This document shows positions 19,850-28,759 of a stretch of 34,204 nucleotides of DNA, in pieces; the stretch's first letter is position 1, and each line of letters starts with the position of its first letter. The DNA lies in the NCBI GenBank assembly GCA_049700655.1, contig JBNAUV010000003.1, positions 1-34,204 of the forward strand, read 5' to 3'. A program made the position numbers and the translations under genes. The stretch is from Minisyncoccales bacterium. Lineage in GTDB: Bacteria; Patescibacteriota; Minisyncoccia; Minisyncoccales; RBG-13-42-11. The notes below the pieces were generated by a model. It did no database searches. It was not told where the DNA came from and saw only the letters and a program-made list of their open reading frames with translations.

Positions 19850-20686
19850 TTAAAGAGCATAACAAATCACTGGCTGCGGCGCTAAGATGACTTCAGCACC
19901 AGCGAGGATTTTAATTATTGTTTCCACCACTATGGCGGTTGTCAAATAAGTGGTGGTTCCCAGTTGCGGAAATGACAGTTTGCCACTCCTTATTTCCTCG
20001 CCATATTTTTTCAAAAACTCTTTTAACGCACTATTATCTGGAATCCCTTTAAGAGTTTTATTAATTAACATTTCATAAAATTCAAATCCATAAATTTTTT
20101 TACCCTCAAAGATTTCAATCAAAGATGGAGTTTGTGGCGTTAAAATCAAACAATAAGCTATCCAGCCGCAATTAAGCGGATGAAATTCAATCTTATCGTG
20201 TTTTCGTGCTGCTTCGCTAATCAACCACATTGCTTGATTAGGATCAGCCATATTAACAATAAAATCATTTCTTTCTACTGCCGCACTAATATCTTCTTGT
20301 CTGCGGAGGAACTGCGGATAAACCTCAGTCTCAGCCTCGATATTGATTTCCTGAATTTTTTTGGCAGTTACTTCTGCCTTGTTGAAACCAACATCAAGCT
20401 GATTAAAAACCTGACGATTCAGATTATGTACTTCCACCTTATCGCCATCCCAAAGTTCAAAATGGCAAAATCCAGTTCGGCTGGCTAAAACCGCAATTTG
20501 ACTGCCCAAACCGCAACCAACTAGTAAAACTCTTGCTTGTTTAATTTTTTCTTGTGTTTCTGAAGAAATTAATCCCCAATTTCTTTCATAAATTTCCATT
20601 CTTTTTTCCCTCCTTTTTTCTATTTGGGCAATTACCCGTGGCATAATTTCTGCCACAATTTCCGGTCTTCCTGCTCTTCTTTTCAT
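19850..20686 (-). CDS. ThiF/E1-like adenylyltransferase, second paralogue (alternative start 20599)
   Basis: YERNWG, VGCGLGS, DGDKVEVHNLNRQ, GFNKA. Confidence 0.88.
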   Translation of the reverse strand: MKRRAGRPEIVAEIMPRVIAQIEKRREKRMEIYERNWGLISSETQEKIKQARVLLVGCGLGSQIAVLASRTGFCHFELWDGDKVEVHNLNRQVFNQLDVGFNKAEVTAKKIQEINIEAETEVYPQFLRRQEDISAAVERNDFIVNMADPNQAMWLISEAARKHDKIEFHPLNCGWIAYCLILTPQTPSLIEIFEGKKIYGFEFYEMLINKTLKGIPDNSALKEFLKKYGEEIRSGKLSFPQLGTTTYLTTAIVVETIIKILAGAEVILAPQPVICYAL

Positions 20687-20750
20687 TTATTCCTCTATTC
20701 CTCCTTTCTTAATTTATTTTTTAAATAGCTAATTAAGATAATTATTGTAT

Positions 20751-20779
20751 ATTATACTTAAAACCAATAATTTTGTCAA
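20751..20779 (-). promoter_or_regulatory. Consensus sigma70 promoter
   Basis: TTGACA-17 nt-TATAAT. Confidence 0.8.
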
Positions 20780-20794
20780 ATAGAAATTTTAGTC

Positions 20795-22102
20795 TTAAAA
20801 ATGTTTTGACAAACTATAAATGTCGCCGGCGCCCATAATGATTAAAATATTAAAATGAGAGAAATTTTTCTGTAAATAAGATAGAATTTTATTTTTCTTT
20901 AAATAAATTACATTTTCTCTGGCTATTTTTTTGACTAATTTTTGAGCGTTAACTTTGGCTTTAATTTGCGGATTTTCTCGGCCAGCCACACTATAAATAT
21001 CAGTAATAATTACCTGATCAATTGGACAATGTTGAAAAACTTTCACAAAATCATTAAATAAATAATAGGTCCGTTGATATTGATGGGGTTGAAAAACACA
21101 CCAGATTTTTTTATCAAAATATTTCTGGCGCGCCGCTTCTAAAGTTGCTTTTATTTCAGCTGGATGATGACCATAATCGTTAATGATTTTTAATTTCAAA
21201 TTTTTAATTTTTAATTCTAGCTCTTCAAAACGGCGCCAAGCGCCTCTGTATTGGCTGAGTGTATAAAAAGTGATCTTGTTGGGAATTTTTAATAATCGAG
21301 CAATAGTTAAAACCGCTAAACTATTGGCCACATTATGTTCGCCGGGAATTTTTAAAATTTTTCTTAATTTTTTACTTTCTGGTTGGCTGAGAGAATAATT
21401 TTTTATTTTAATCGGTAATTGCACAATTTGTTTTTGTAGTTGGACAATGTCTTGGTCATCTTTATTGGCCACCAAAATACCGCTAAAAGACAAACGAGAA
21501 ATAAATTGTTTAAAAGCGTTAAAATAATTTTTAAAATTTTTATAATAATCCAAATGATCAGGGTCTAACGAAGTTAAAACAATAATATCAGGTGAATAGT
21601 TTAAAAACGAAGCGAAATGCTCGTCAGCTTCAATTACCAAAAATTGGCTTTTTCCGGCTCGATAATTACTATTGCCAAATTCTTTTAATTTTGTACCAAC
21701 AATAACTGTCGGGTCTAATTTTGCTTTAGTTAATAAAAGGCCTATCATAGCGGTAACAGTGCTTTTGCCATGTGTGCCGCAAACGGCAATAGTCAAATAA
21801 TCTTGGGTTAATTCACCTAAGGCTTGAGGATAAGAAAGAATTTTTAAATTTAATTTTTGGGCAGCTTGTAATTCTGGGTTGTTGGCTTGAACGGCTGGAC
21901 TATAGACAACCAAATCTAAATTTTTATTAAGATTGCTTTTTTTATGCCTGCCAATTAAAATTTTTGCCCCTTTTTTCTTTAATAGTTCAGTAATTTCCGA
22001 GATAACCAAATCAGAACCGCTAACTTGATGGCCTTGATTTAAATAATGTTGGGCTAAAGCAGAAACGCCAATACCGCCAATACCAATGAAATGAATACGC
22101 AT
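20795..22102 (-). CDS. murC: UDP-N-acetylmuramate--L-alanine ligase
   Basis: HFIGIGGIGVS, GTHGKST, EADE, DHLDYY, DYGHHPAEI, FQPH, MGAGD. Confidence 0.96.
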   Translation of the reverse strand: MRIHFIGIGGIGVSALAQHYLNQGHQVSGSDLVISEITELLKKKGAKILIGRHKKSNLNKNLDLVVYSPAVQANNPELQAAQKLNLKILSYPQALGELTQDYLTIAVCGTHGKSTVTAMIGLLLTKAKLDPTVIVGTKLKEFGNSNYRAGKSQFLVIEADEHFASFLNYSPDIIVLTSLDPDHLDYYKNFKNYFNAFKQFISRLSFSGILVANKDDQDIVQLQKQIVQLPIKIKNYSLSQPESKKLRKILKIPGEHNVANSLAVLTIARLLKIPNKITFYTLSQYRGAWRRFEELELKIKNLKLKIINDYGHHPAEIKATLEAARQKYFDKKIWCVFQPHQYQRTYYLFNDFVKVFQHCPIDQVIITDIYSVAGRENPQIKAKVNAQKLVKKIARENVIYLKKNKILSYLQKNFSHFNILIIMGAGDIYSLSKHF

Positions 22103-22127
22103 TTTTTTAGTTTTTAATTTTAAATTT

Positions 22128-22691
22128 TTAAACTTGTTTTAAGGGAATGCTTTCTAAAACTAAATAGTCTGGGCCAGATCTTTTCAATTGACTTTCCATC
22201 ACTTCAATTGAATTAACTTCAAAACTTAAATCAATTTCTTCATCAATAATGGGTCGTTCTTCAGGTTCAATTTGACGAAAAGCCCAGGTTTTTAACCGGC
22301 CCAAAGTAATATGAGGTAAATAATTTCGTTTCTCTTTTTCTTTAACAATTGTTTGGAAAAGGATATTCTCTAAGTTATTTTTTAAATTAGTTAAAATTGG
22401 CGATTTCTCTCCCTCAACCCAAATCATGCGTGGCGGTTTGTCAGGCGGACCATAAATAATTCTTTTTAAAGCAATTGAAAAAGGACGATATTTATTTACA
22501 ACTTCTTTAGTAATTTTTAAAAGATTTAAAATTTCTTCATCAGAAAGATAACCCAGAAAAATCAAGGTTATATGCAAATTATCTTTTTTTGTCCAACGAC
22601 AAGGCAATTCCGGCCATTTTTCTTGAAAGGAGCTTAGTTCTCTTTTTATTTCTTCAGGCAAATTTATAGCAATAAAAATTCTATGTTTCAT
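22128..22691 (-). CDS. thpR: RNA 2',3'-cyclic phosphodiesterase (2H family)
   Basis: RIFIAI and two HITL motifs. Confidence 0.92.
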   Translation of the reverse strand: MKHRIFIAINLPEEIKRELSSFQEKWPELPCRWTKKDNLHITLIFLGYLSDEEILNLLKITKEVVNKYRPFSIALKRIIYGPPDKPPRMIWVEGEKSPILTNLKNNLENILFQTIVKEKEKRNYLPHITLGRLKTWAFRQIEPEERPIIDEEIDLSFEVNSIEVMESQLKRSGPDYLVLESIPLKQV

Positions 22692-22956
22692 ATATATTAA
22701 ATTAAAAAAATTTTAACATAAAATTAACCCTAATTCAATCCAATTTAAACCCAAACCTAGGCAAATACCCAGACCTTAATACATCTAGCCCTAAACTTAA
22801 GAATCCAAACTTAAACAACTTAGAGCTTAATTAAAACACAATTAGAACACAATTAGAACCTAATAAAACCTATAGAACCTAATAAAACCTAATTAATAAT
22901 TAAAAATAAAAACTTAATCTAGTTAGTCCTTTTATTATTATTATTATTGTTATTAT

Positions 22957-22992
22957 TGACACCAAATCAGGCGTAGGCATATTTTAGTGTCA
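22957..22992. repeat. 36-bp palindromic element, copy 2
   Basis: TGACACCAAATCAGGCGTAGGCATATTTTAGTGTCA. Confidence 0.92.
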
Positions 22993-23058
22993 TCACCGCT
23001 GATTATATTAATTATATTATTTGATTATATTATTCCAATTAATCTAAATTAATCTAAA

Positions 23059-23652
23059 TTAATCTAAATTAAAATAGCGACGCAAAAATTCCTCGTTGTC
23101 AATCTCTTTTGCTCGGATTAATAAAATATAAGGTTGAATGTTAAAAATGGCTTTAATAAATTCGATTTCATTTTCACATTCATAAGGGTAGACAAAAACA
23201 CTTTTCTGAATTTTATAAAATCCCAATTCTTTAAGTTTCTCCCGCAAAACTTCCCGAGCAAGTTTCTTTTTGTTTGGAATATCAAAAATTACAATTCTCC
23301 AAATTTTATCCCATTTTTTAGGTTTTGGGATTACTAAATCTTGAAATTTATATTTTAAAACTTTTTCTTCTCCTTTTTTAGTAATTTTAATAATAGTTTC
23401 TCCATTTTTTGTTTCTTTAAATTCTATTATTCTTTGTTTCCTCATTCTTTTTAAAGCAGCTCTTAATCTTCTTTGGTCATATTTTTTCCACTCTTCAACA
23501 AGTGGCTTCGCAGCAATTAAAACTCCAGGGGCCACCATAGCTAAAGTCAAAAAAGCTCCTCCAGCTAAAGCCAATAAAACTTTCTTAGTAATTTCTTTTG
23601 TTTGTTTTACCCTTTCTGCTTGTTTAATTCTTTTTATTTGTTTTGGTTCCAT
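23059..23652 (-). CDS. PaaX-like protein with winged-helix-like region and Cas2-like domain
   Basis: ITKKG wing; WDKIWRIVIFDIP..REVLREKLKELGFYKIQKSVFVYPY; no cas1 or array nearby. Confidence 0.8.
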   Translation of the reverse strand: MEPKQIKRIKQAERVKQTKEITKKVLLALAGGAFLTLAMVAPGVLIAAKPLVEEWKKYDQRRLRAALKRMRKQRIIEFKETKNGETIIKITKKGEEKVLKYKFQDLVIPKPKKWDKIWRIVIFDIPNKKKLAREVLREKLKELGFYKIQKSVFVYPYECENEIEFIKAIFNIQPYILLIRAKEIDNEEFLRRYFNLD

Positions 23653-23699
23653 TGATTTTGTTTTGGTTCCATTGATTTTGTTTTGGTTCCATTGATTTT
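23641..23699 (-). repeat. 20-bp tandem repeat x3 containing the start codon
   Basis: TTTTGGTTCCATTGATTTTG x3. Confidence 0.95.
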
Positions 23700-23722
23700 A
23701 TTCTAACAACTTTTTTTCTACT

Positions 23723-23758
23723 TGACAACAAATTAGGCGTAGGCTTTTTTTGGTGTCA
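23723..23758. repeat. 36-bp palindromic element, copy 3
   Basis: TGACAACAAATTAGGCGTAGGCTTTTTTTGGTGTCA. Confidence 0.9.
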
Positions 23759-24141
23759 GATTTGTTTTTTTGTTATTTTTTTAAATTTTTAAAATGTTAT
23801 AGATTAAGTTAAATAAAATTAAGTTAATGTTGTAAAATTAAGTTAAAATGTTGTAAAATTAATTAAAGGGAAGATTGATAAGCCATCCGGGGTCTTTCTT
23901 TGGTGTTTCAACTCTATCTTTAGAAACTTCATTAGCGCTAAAATCAGTTCGTTTCCAAGTGAAAGATTCTTTCTCTAAAATGTCTACCGATTCAGAAGCA
24001 CCAACTCGGGCTATTGCACCTAAATATACGTATTGCACCTAAATATACAAAGTATTTAAATATAAAGGCAGAATTATTGTAAAATAAAAGTAATAAAAAA
24101 AGAGATAAGTTAAAAAATAAAAAAGAGATAAATTTAGAAAG

Positions 24142-25194
24142 ATGATCGAGGCGCTTTTATATAAAAAACTAAAGAGAAAAAAGGTTGTTTCGTCCCGAGA
24201 TAGGGTTTCTGGTGTTATGATCCAATGTCAAAATTGCGGCCATTATTGTCGAATTGCACTGGGAAAAAGAGGTATTTGCGGGGTTCGCGAAAATATTAAT
24301 GGCAAGTTATATGCCTTAAATTATGGCAAATTAGCAGCTATTAATATTGATCCTATCGAAAAAAAGCCTTTTTATCATTTTTTACCAGGCAGCCGCTCTT
24401 TATCAATTGCCACAGTGGGTTGTAATTTTGTGTGCAAAAATTGCCAAAATTTTGATATTTCTCAAGCGCCCAAGCCAAATAAACCAATTACTGGTGAAGA
24501 ATTATCGCCAGAACAGATCGTTGAAACTGCTATTAAAAATAACCTGCCCAGCATTTCTTACACTTATGTAGAACCAACCATTTTTTTAGAATATGCTTTG
24601 GAAACTATGAAATTGGCTAAAAAGGCTGGTTTAAAAAACAATTGGGTGTCTAATGGTTTTATGTCAAAAGAATCAGCGAAATTAGTTATCCCCTATTTAG
24701 ACGCTAATAATATTGATATTAAAAGTTTTGATGACAAATTTTATCAAGAAAATTGCGGCGGCCGGCTTCAACCGGTTTTAGATACAGCAAAATTAATGAA
24801 AAAATCTGGTGTTTGGGTGGAAATTACAACTTTGGTTATCCCAACCTTAAGCGATTCAAAAGAGATGTTTAGAAAAATTGCTGAATTTATTTATAACGAA
24901 TTAGGGCCTGAAACTCCTTGGCATATTTCTCAATTCTGTGGCACGATTTCTTGGAAACTTCAACATTTGCCTGATACGCCAGTTGAAACACTACAAATGG
25001 GTTATAAAATTGGCAAAGAAACTGGTCTAAAATATGTTTACACCGGCAACGTGCCAGGCTTGCGTTCTGAAGATACTTTTTGCCCAAAATGCAACACTTT
25101 GTGTATTAACCGTTTTGGTTACTCAATAAACAGATATGATAAAAATGGCCAATGTCCAAAATGCGGCACCTTTTTAAATCTTATATTAAATTAA
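24142..25194 (+). CDS. amrS: AmmeMemoRadiSam system radical SAM enzyme
   Basis: CxxCxxxC..GICGVR, DPIEKKP, CNFVCKNCQN, YTYVEP, C-terminal CPKC pairs. Confidence 0.92.
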   Translation: MIEALLYKKLKRKKVVSSRDRVSGVMIQCQNCGHYCRIALGKRGICGVRENINGKLYALNYGKLAAINIDPIEKKPFYHFLPGSRSLSIATVGCNFVCKNCQNFDISQAPKPNKPITGEELSPEQIVETAIKNNLPSISYTYVEPTIFLEYALETMKLAKKAGLKNNWVSNGFMSKESAKLVIPYLDANNIDIKSFDDKFYQENCGGRLQPVLDTAKLMKKSGVWVEITTLVIPTLSDSKEMFRKIAEFIYNELGPETPWHISQFCGTISWKLQHLPDTPVETLQMGYKIGKETGLKYVYTGNVPGLRSEDTFCPKCNTLCINRFGYSINRYDKNGQCPKCGTFLNLILN

Positions 25195-25203
25195 AAACAA
25201 ACC

Positions 25204-25239
25204 TGACCACTTATTTTGCCATGGCAAAATAATGCGTCA
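25204..25239. repeat. 36-bp palindrome with TGAC...GTCA ends
   Basis: TGACCAC-TTATTTTGCCATGGCAAAATAA-TGCGTCA. Confidence 0.75.
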
Positions 25240-25279
25240 CAATTATTCAAAAAAATAAAATAAAAAATAAACTTAAATT

Positions 25280-25897
25280 ATGATAGTTTTTGCTTGTATT
25301 TCACCTCATCCGCCCATAATTTTACCTGAGGTTGGTTCGTCGGAAGATAGGGCTCAGGTTAAAAATACAATTGAGGCGTTAGAAAAATTAGGCGAGAAAT
25401 TAAAAGAATTAAAGCCTGATAAAATAATTATTTCTGCTCCTCATCAGGACTGGGGATTTAATGTACCACTTTTCTTTTTAGCCAAAGATTTTGAACAGGA
25501 AATTGAACAACATCTCATTGGCTTAGAATCGCCTCAATTTTATTTTGAAAAAGGAAAAGAAGTTTATTTAAAAATTAAAAATTTAAAATTAAAAATTGCC
25601 CTCATCGCCAGTGGCGATTTGTCTCATTGTCTAAAGCCGGATGGTCCTTATGGATTCCATCCTGACGGTCCAAAGTTTGATCAGGAATTTATTGAGGCTC
25701 TAAAGAAAAAAGATGTTGAAAGAATTTTGAAATTAGATGAATTGTATCCCGATGCTGGCGAATGCGGCCTGAGATCTTTTTGTTTCTTTTTGGGAATTTT
25801 AGAGGCCTCTGGGATAAATTATCAACCCGAAATTTTGTCCTACGAAGGCCCTTTTGGCGTCGGCTATTTAGTGGCAAATTTTAGATTAAGTCGATGA
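25280..25897 (+). CDS. AmmeMemoRadiSam protein B (Memo/LigB-like), short form
   Basis: PHPP, SAPH, ASGDLSH, AGECG, YEGPFGVGY. Confidence 0.85.
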   Translation: MIVFACISPHPPIILPEVGSSEDRAQVKNTIEALEKLGEKLKELKPDKIIISAPHQDWGFNVPLFFLAKDFEQEIEQHLIGLESPQFYFEKGKEVYLKIKNLKLKIALIASGDLSHCLKPDGPYGFHPDGPKFDQEFIEALKKKDVERILKLDELYPDAGECGLRSFCFFLGILEASGINYQPEILSYEGPFGVGYLVANFRLSR

Positions 25898-25945
25898 GAT
25901 AAATCTCATCTTCATCTTCGTTTTCGCTACGTGAAAACTCGATAA

Positions 25946-26668
25946 ATGAACTTAATTGAAATAAAAAACGCTCAAAAAATTATCTTTGTTGGCGATACTC
26001 ATGGCGATTGGGAAGCGAGCCAAAAAGTGATTAAGGATTATTTAAAGAAAGGAAGCAAAATTGTTTTTTTGGGAGATTATGTTGATCGAGGGCCTTATTC
26101 GAAAGAAAATTTAGATTTTTTACTAAAAACCAAAGAAAAAAATCCAGATCAAATTTATTTATTACAAGGAAATCATGAAGGGTATAGAATTCTACCATTT
26201 TCTCCAGCCGAATTCTGGCAAAGTTTAAACAATATAGATTATCAAAAATATTGTTTAATTGTTGAAAAATTTCCTTTGGTGGCAATGGCCAAAGATATTA
26301 TAGCGGCTCACGGAGCCTTGCCTAATATAGAAAACTTAGAAGAGATAAATCAAATAAAAATTGGCGATGAAATGTGGCGGACTATCGCTTGGGGCGACTT
26401 TCTTGATGAGCCGGGAGAAAATTTGGGTATCGATTTTTTTACCGGTCGACCACAATTTGGCGAAGATTATTTTTTAAAACTAATGAAAAGATTTAATAAA
26501 AAAGTTTTCATTCGTTCTCACCAACCCGATGCCCCCCAATTTATGTTTAATGATCGTTGTTTAACTATTTTCACTTCTATGGCCTATAGACGCGAGCGAA
26601 CCATTGCTATTTATGACTGCAGAAAACCAATAAAAACTGCCAAAGATTTAGAGATTATTAAAATTTAA
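25946..26668 (+). CDS. Calcineurin-like metallophosphoesterase (PPP type)
   Basis: GDTHG, GDYVDRG, GNHE, HG, RSH. Confidence 0.9.
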   Translation: MNLIEIKNAQKIIFVGDTHGDWEASQKVIKDYLKKGSKIVFLGDYVDRGPYSKENLDFLLKTKEKNPDQIYLLQGNHEGYRILPFSPAEFWQSLNNIDYQKYCLIVEKFPLVAMAKDIIAAHGALPNIENLEEINQIKIGDEMWRTIAWGDFLDEPGENLGIDFFTGRPQFGEDYFLKLMKRFNKKVFIRSHQPDAPQFMFNDRCLTIFTSMAYRRERTIAIYDCRKPIKTAKDLEIIKI

Positions 26669-26679
26669 AAAATAAAAAA

Positions 26680-27243
26680 ATGAATAATTACGTTTCATTA
26701 GCCAAATTGGCGGTAGAAACTTTTATTAAAGAAAATAAAATTATTGCCCCGCCCCGCAATTTACCAAAGGAATTTTTTGAACAAAAAGCAGGGACATTTG
26801 TTACGATTGAAAAAAATGGCGAACTAAAGGGCTGCATCGGGACTTATTTACCCTTGCGACAGAATATTGCCGAAGAAATTATTTATAACGCTATTGCCGC
26901 TGCTACTGAAGATTATCGCTTTGCGCCAATTCAAAAAAATGAACTCTCCAATCTTTCTTACACTGTCTATATTCTCCATCCGCCTCAATTAATCAAAGAT
27001 TTAAAAGAGCTGAACCCTAAAAAATATGGTATTATTGTTAAAACCGCGCCTCTTAGTCAGCCTGATGGTATGGATGTGATTTTTAATGGCCATTTAGTGC
27101 CCAAAACCGGCTTGTTACTTCCAGATTTAGAAGGCGTTGAAACAGTTGAAAAACAAATAATTATTGCCTGCCAAAAAGGAGGGATTGATCCCTTGAAAGA
27201 AAAAATTTTTATTTATAAATTTACAGTAGATAAATATGAATGA
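26680..27243 (+). CDS. amrA: AMMECR1-domain protein (AmmeMemoRadiSam protein A)
   Basis: GTFVTI, LKGCIGT, DYRF, GLLLPDL. Confidence 0.9.
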   Translation: MNNYVSLAKLAVETFIKENKIIAPPRNLPKEFFEQKAGTFVTIEKNGELKGCIGTYLPLRQNIAEEIIYNAIAAATEDYRFAPIQKNELSNLSYTVYILHPPQLIKDLKELNPKKYGIIVKTAPLSQPDGMDVIFNGHLVPKTGLLLPDLEGVETVEKQIIIACQKGGIDPLKEKIFIYKFTVDKYE

Positions 27244-27901
27244 AAAAATTGCCAAAATTCTCAATGAAATAGCCGATTTATTAGAAATTAAAGGCGTTGC
27301 CTTTAAACCAGCGGCTTATCGCAAAGCAGCCCACTCTTTACTTAATTTAAATCAGAATATCTCTTTAATTTTTAAAGAGAAAAAAATCAAGGGTATTAAA
27401 GAAATACCAGGTATAGGAAAAAGTATTGCTAAAAAAATCGAGGAATATATAAAAACAGGCAAAATTAAATATTTAGAAGAATTAAAAAAAGAAACGGCTA
27501 TTCGACAAATTATCACCCATTATTTTCAAACCAAGGGCGTCTCTTTAAAAGAATTAAAAAAGAATGCCAAAAAACGAAAAATAATCTATTCGCGTTTTAC
27601 TCGTCCGGCCAAACAGCTTTTAGAACTGGCTGGTTCGGTCGAAAAAGCAAACCAAGCTATCTCTACGGTGGCAGAATGGGCTAAATCGCGCGGTTTAGAT
27701 TATGCCATTGAAACAGTTTTTAAAAAGTGGTTAGAATTAGATCGACTAAAACCCAAAGAAATTGTTAAAAAACCTTATTATCAAGGCAATCCAATGGTTT
27801 GGTCAGAAACAAGAAAGAAATGGTATGTTATTTCGCCTGAAGGAGAATGGTTAGAATTTGCTGATAAAGAATCAGAAATTGAATGGCGAATTGTCACTTA
27901 A
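27236..27901 (+). CDS. PolX N-terminal helix-hairpin-helix domain fused to an unknown C-terminal domain
   Basis: IADLLEIKG..FKPAAYRKAA..IPGIGKSIAKKIEE..TG; no polymerase core. Confidence 0.75.
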   Translation: MNEKIAKILNEIADLLEIKGVAFKPAAYRKAAHSLLNLNQNISLIFKEKKIKGIKEIPGIGKSIAKKIEEYIKTGKIKYLEELKKETAIRQIITHYFQTKGVSLKELKKNAKKRKIIYSRFTRPAKQLLELAGSVEKANQAISTVAEWAKSRGLDYAIETVFKKWLELDRLKPKEIVKKPYYQGNPMVWSETRKKWYVISPEGEWLEFADKESEIEWRIVT

Positions 27902-27904
27902 TAT

Positions 27905-28747
27905 ATGGAAATTATTTTCATCGGCACATCAGAATTTGCGGCAATTATTTTAGAGGAACTGATTAAAAAAAACTATCAGCCAATTTTAGTTATTACCGCG
28001 CCAGACAAACCAGTGGGAAGAAAACAAATTATTGCTCCCCCACCGGTAAAAGTCGTGGCAAATAAATATAATATTCCTGTTGAGCAATCGTCAGAAATTA
28101 AAAATTTAAAATTAAAAATTAAAAATTTAAATCCGGACTTGGGAATTGTGGCATCTTTTGGTCAAATAATACCAAGCGAAATATTAAATATTCCTAAATT
28201 TGGCTGTTTAAATATTCATCCTTCTTTATTGCCAAAATACCGCGGGCCGTCTCCAATCCAAGCAGCAATTCTTAATGGCGACAAAGAAACAGGTGTTACA
28301 ATTATCAAAATGACAGAAAAGGTTGACGCTGGCCCAATTGTTTCTAAAATTAAATATAAAATAACTAATAATAAAATTAATTATCCAGAATTACATAATC
28401 AATTAGCTAAAATGGGCGCTGATTTATTAATTAAAACAATTCCTTTGTGGACAAAAGAAAAAATTAAAGAAAAGTTACAAGATGAAAAAAAAGCAAGCTA
28501 TACTAAAATCCTAAAAAAAGAAGATGGCTTAATTAATTGGCAAGATCCGCCAGAAGTAATCGAAAGAAAAATTCGTGCGTTAAATCCTTGGCCGGGCACT
28601 TATACCATTTATCACGGAAAAATGTTAAAAATATTAGAAGCAGAAATTATTAATAACCAATTAATCATTAAAAGGGTCCAATTAGAAGGAAAAAAACCAA
28701 TGGAATTTAAAGATTTCTTTCGCGGTCATCCTGATTTTAATATTTAA
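27905..28747 (+). CDS. fmt: Methionyl-tRNA formyltransferase
   Basis: PDKPVGR, NIHPSLLPKYRGPSPIQ, DAG, IRALNPWPG. Confidence 0.95.
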   Translation: MEIIFIGTSEFAAIILEELIKKNYQPILVITAPDKPVGRKQIIAPPPVKVVANKYNIPVEQSSEIKNLKLKIKNLNPDLGIVASFGQIIPSEILNIPKFGCLNIHPSLLPKYRGPSPIQAAILNGDKETGVTIIKMTEKVDAGPIVSKIKYKITNNKINYPELHNQLAKMGADLLIKTIPLWTKEKIKEKLQDEKKASYTKILKKEDGLINWQDPPEVIERKIRALNPWPGTYTIYHGKMLKILEAEIINNQLIIKRVQLEGKKPMEFKDFFRGHPDFNI

Positions 28748-28759
28748 AAATTAAAAATT

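Noticed and set aside
22957-23758. CRISPR-Cas locus (Cas2-like gene plus 36-nt repeats)
   Set aside because: The copies are separated by 730 and 3,748 bp rather than spacer-sized gaps, and there is no cas1 or effector gene.
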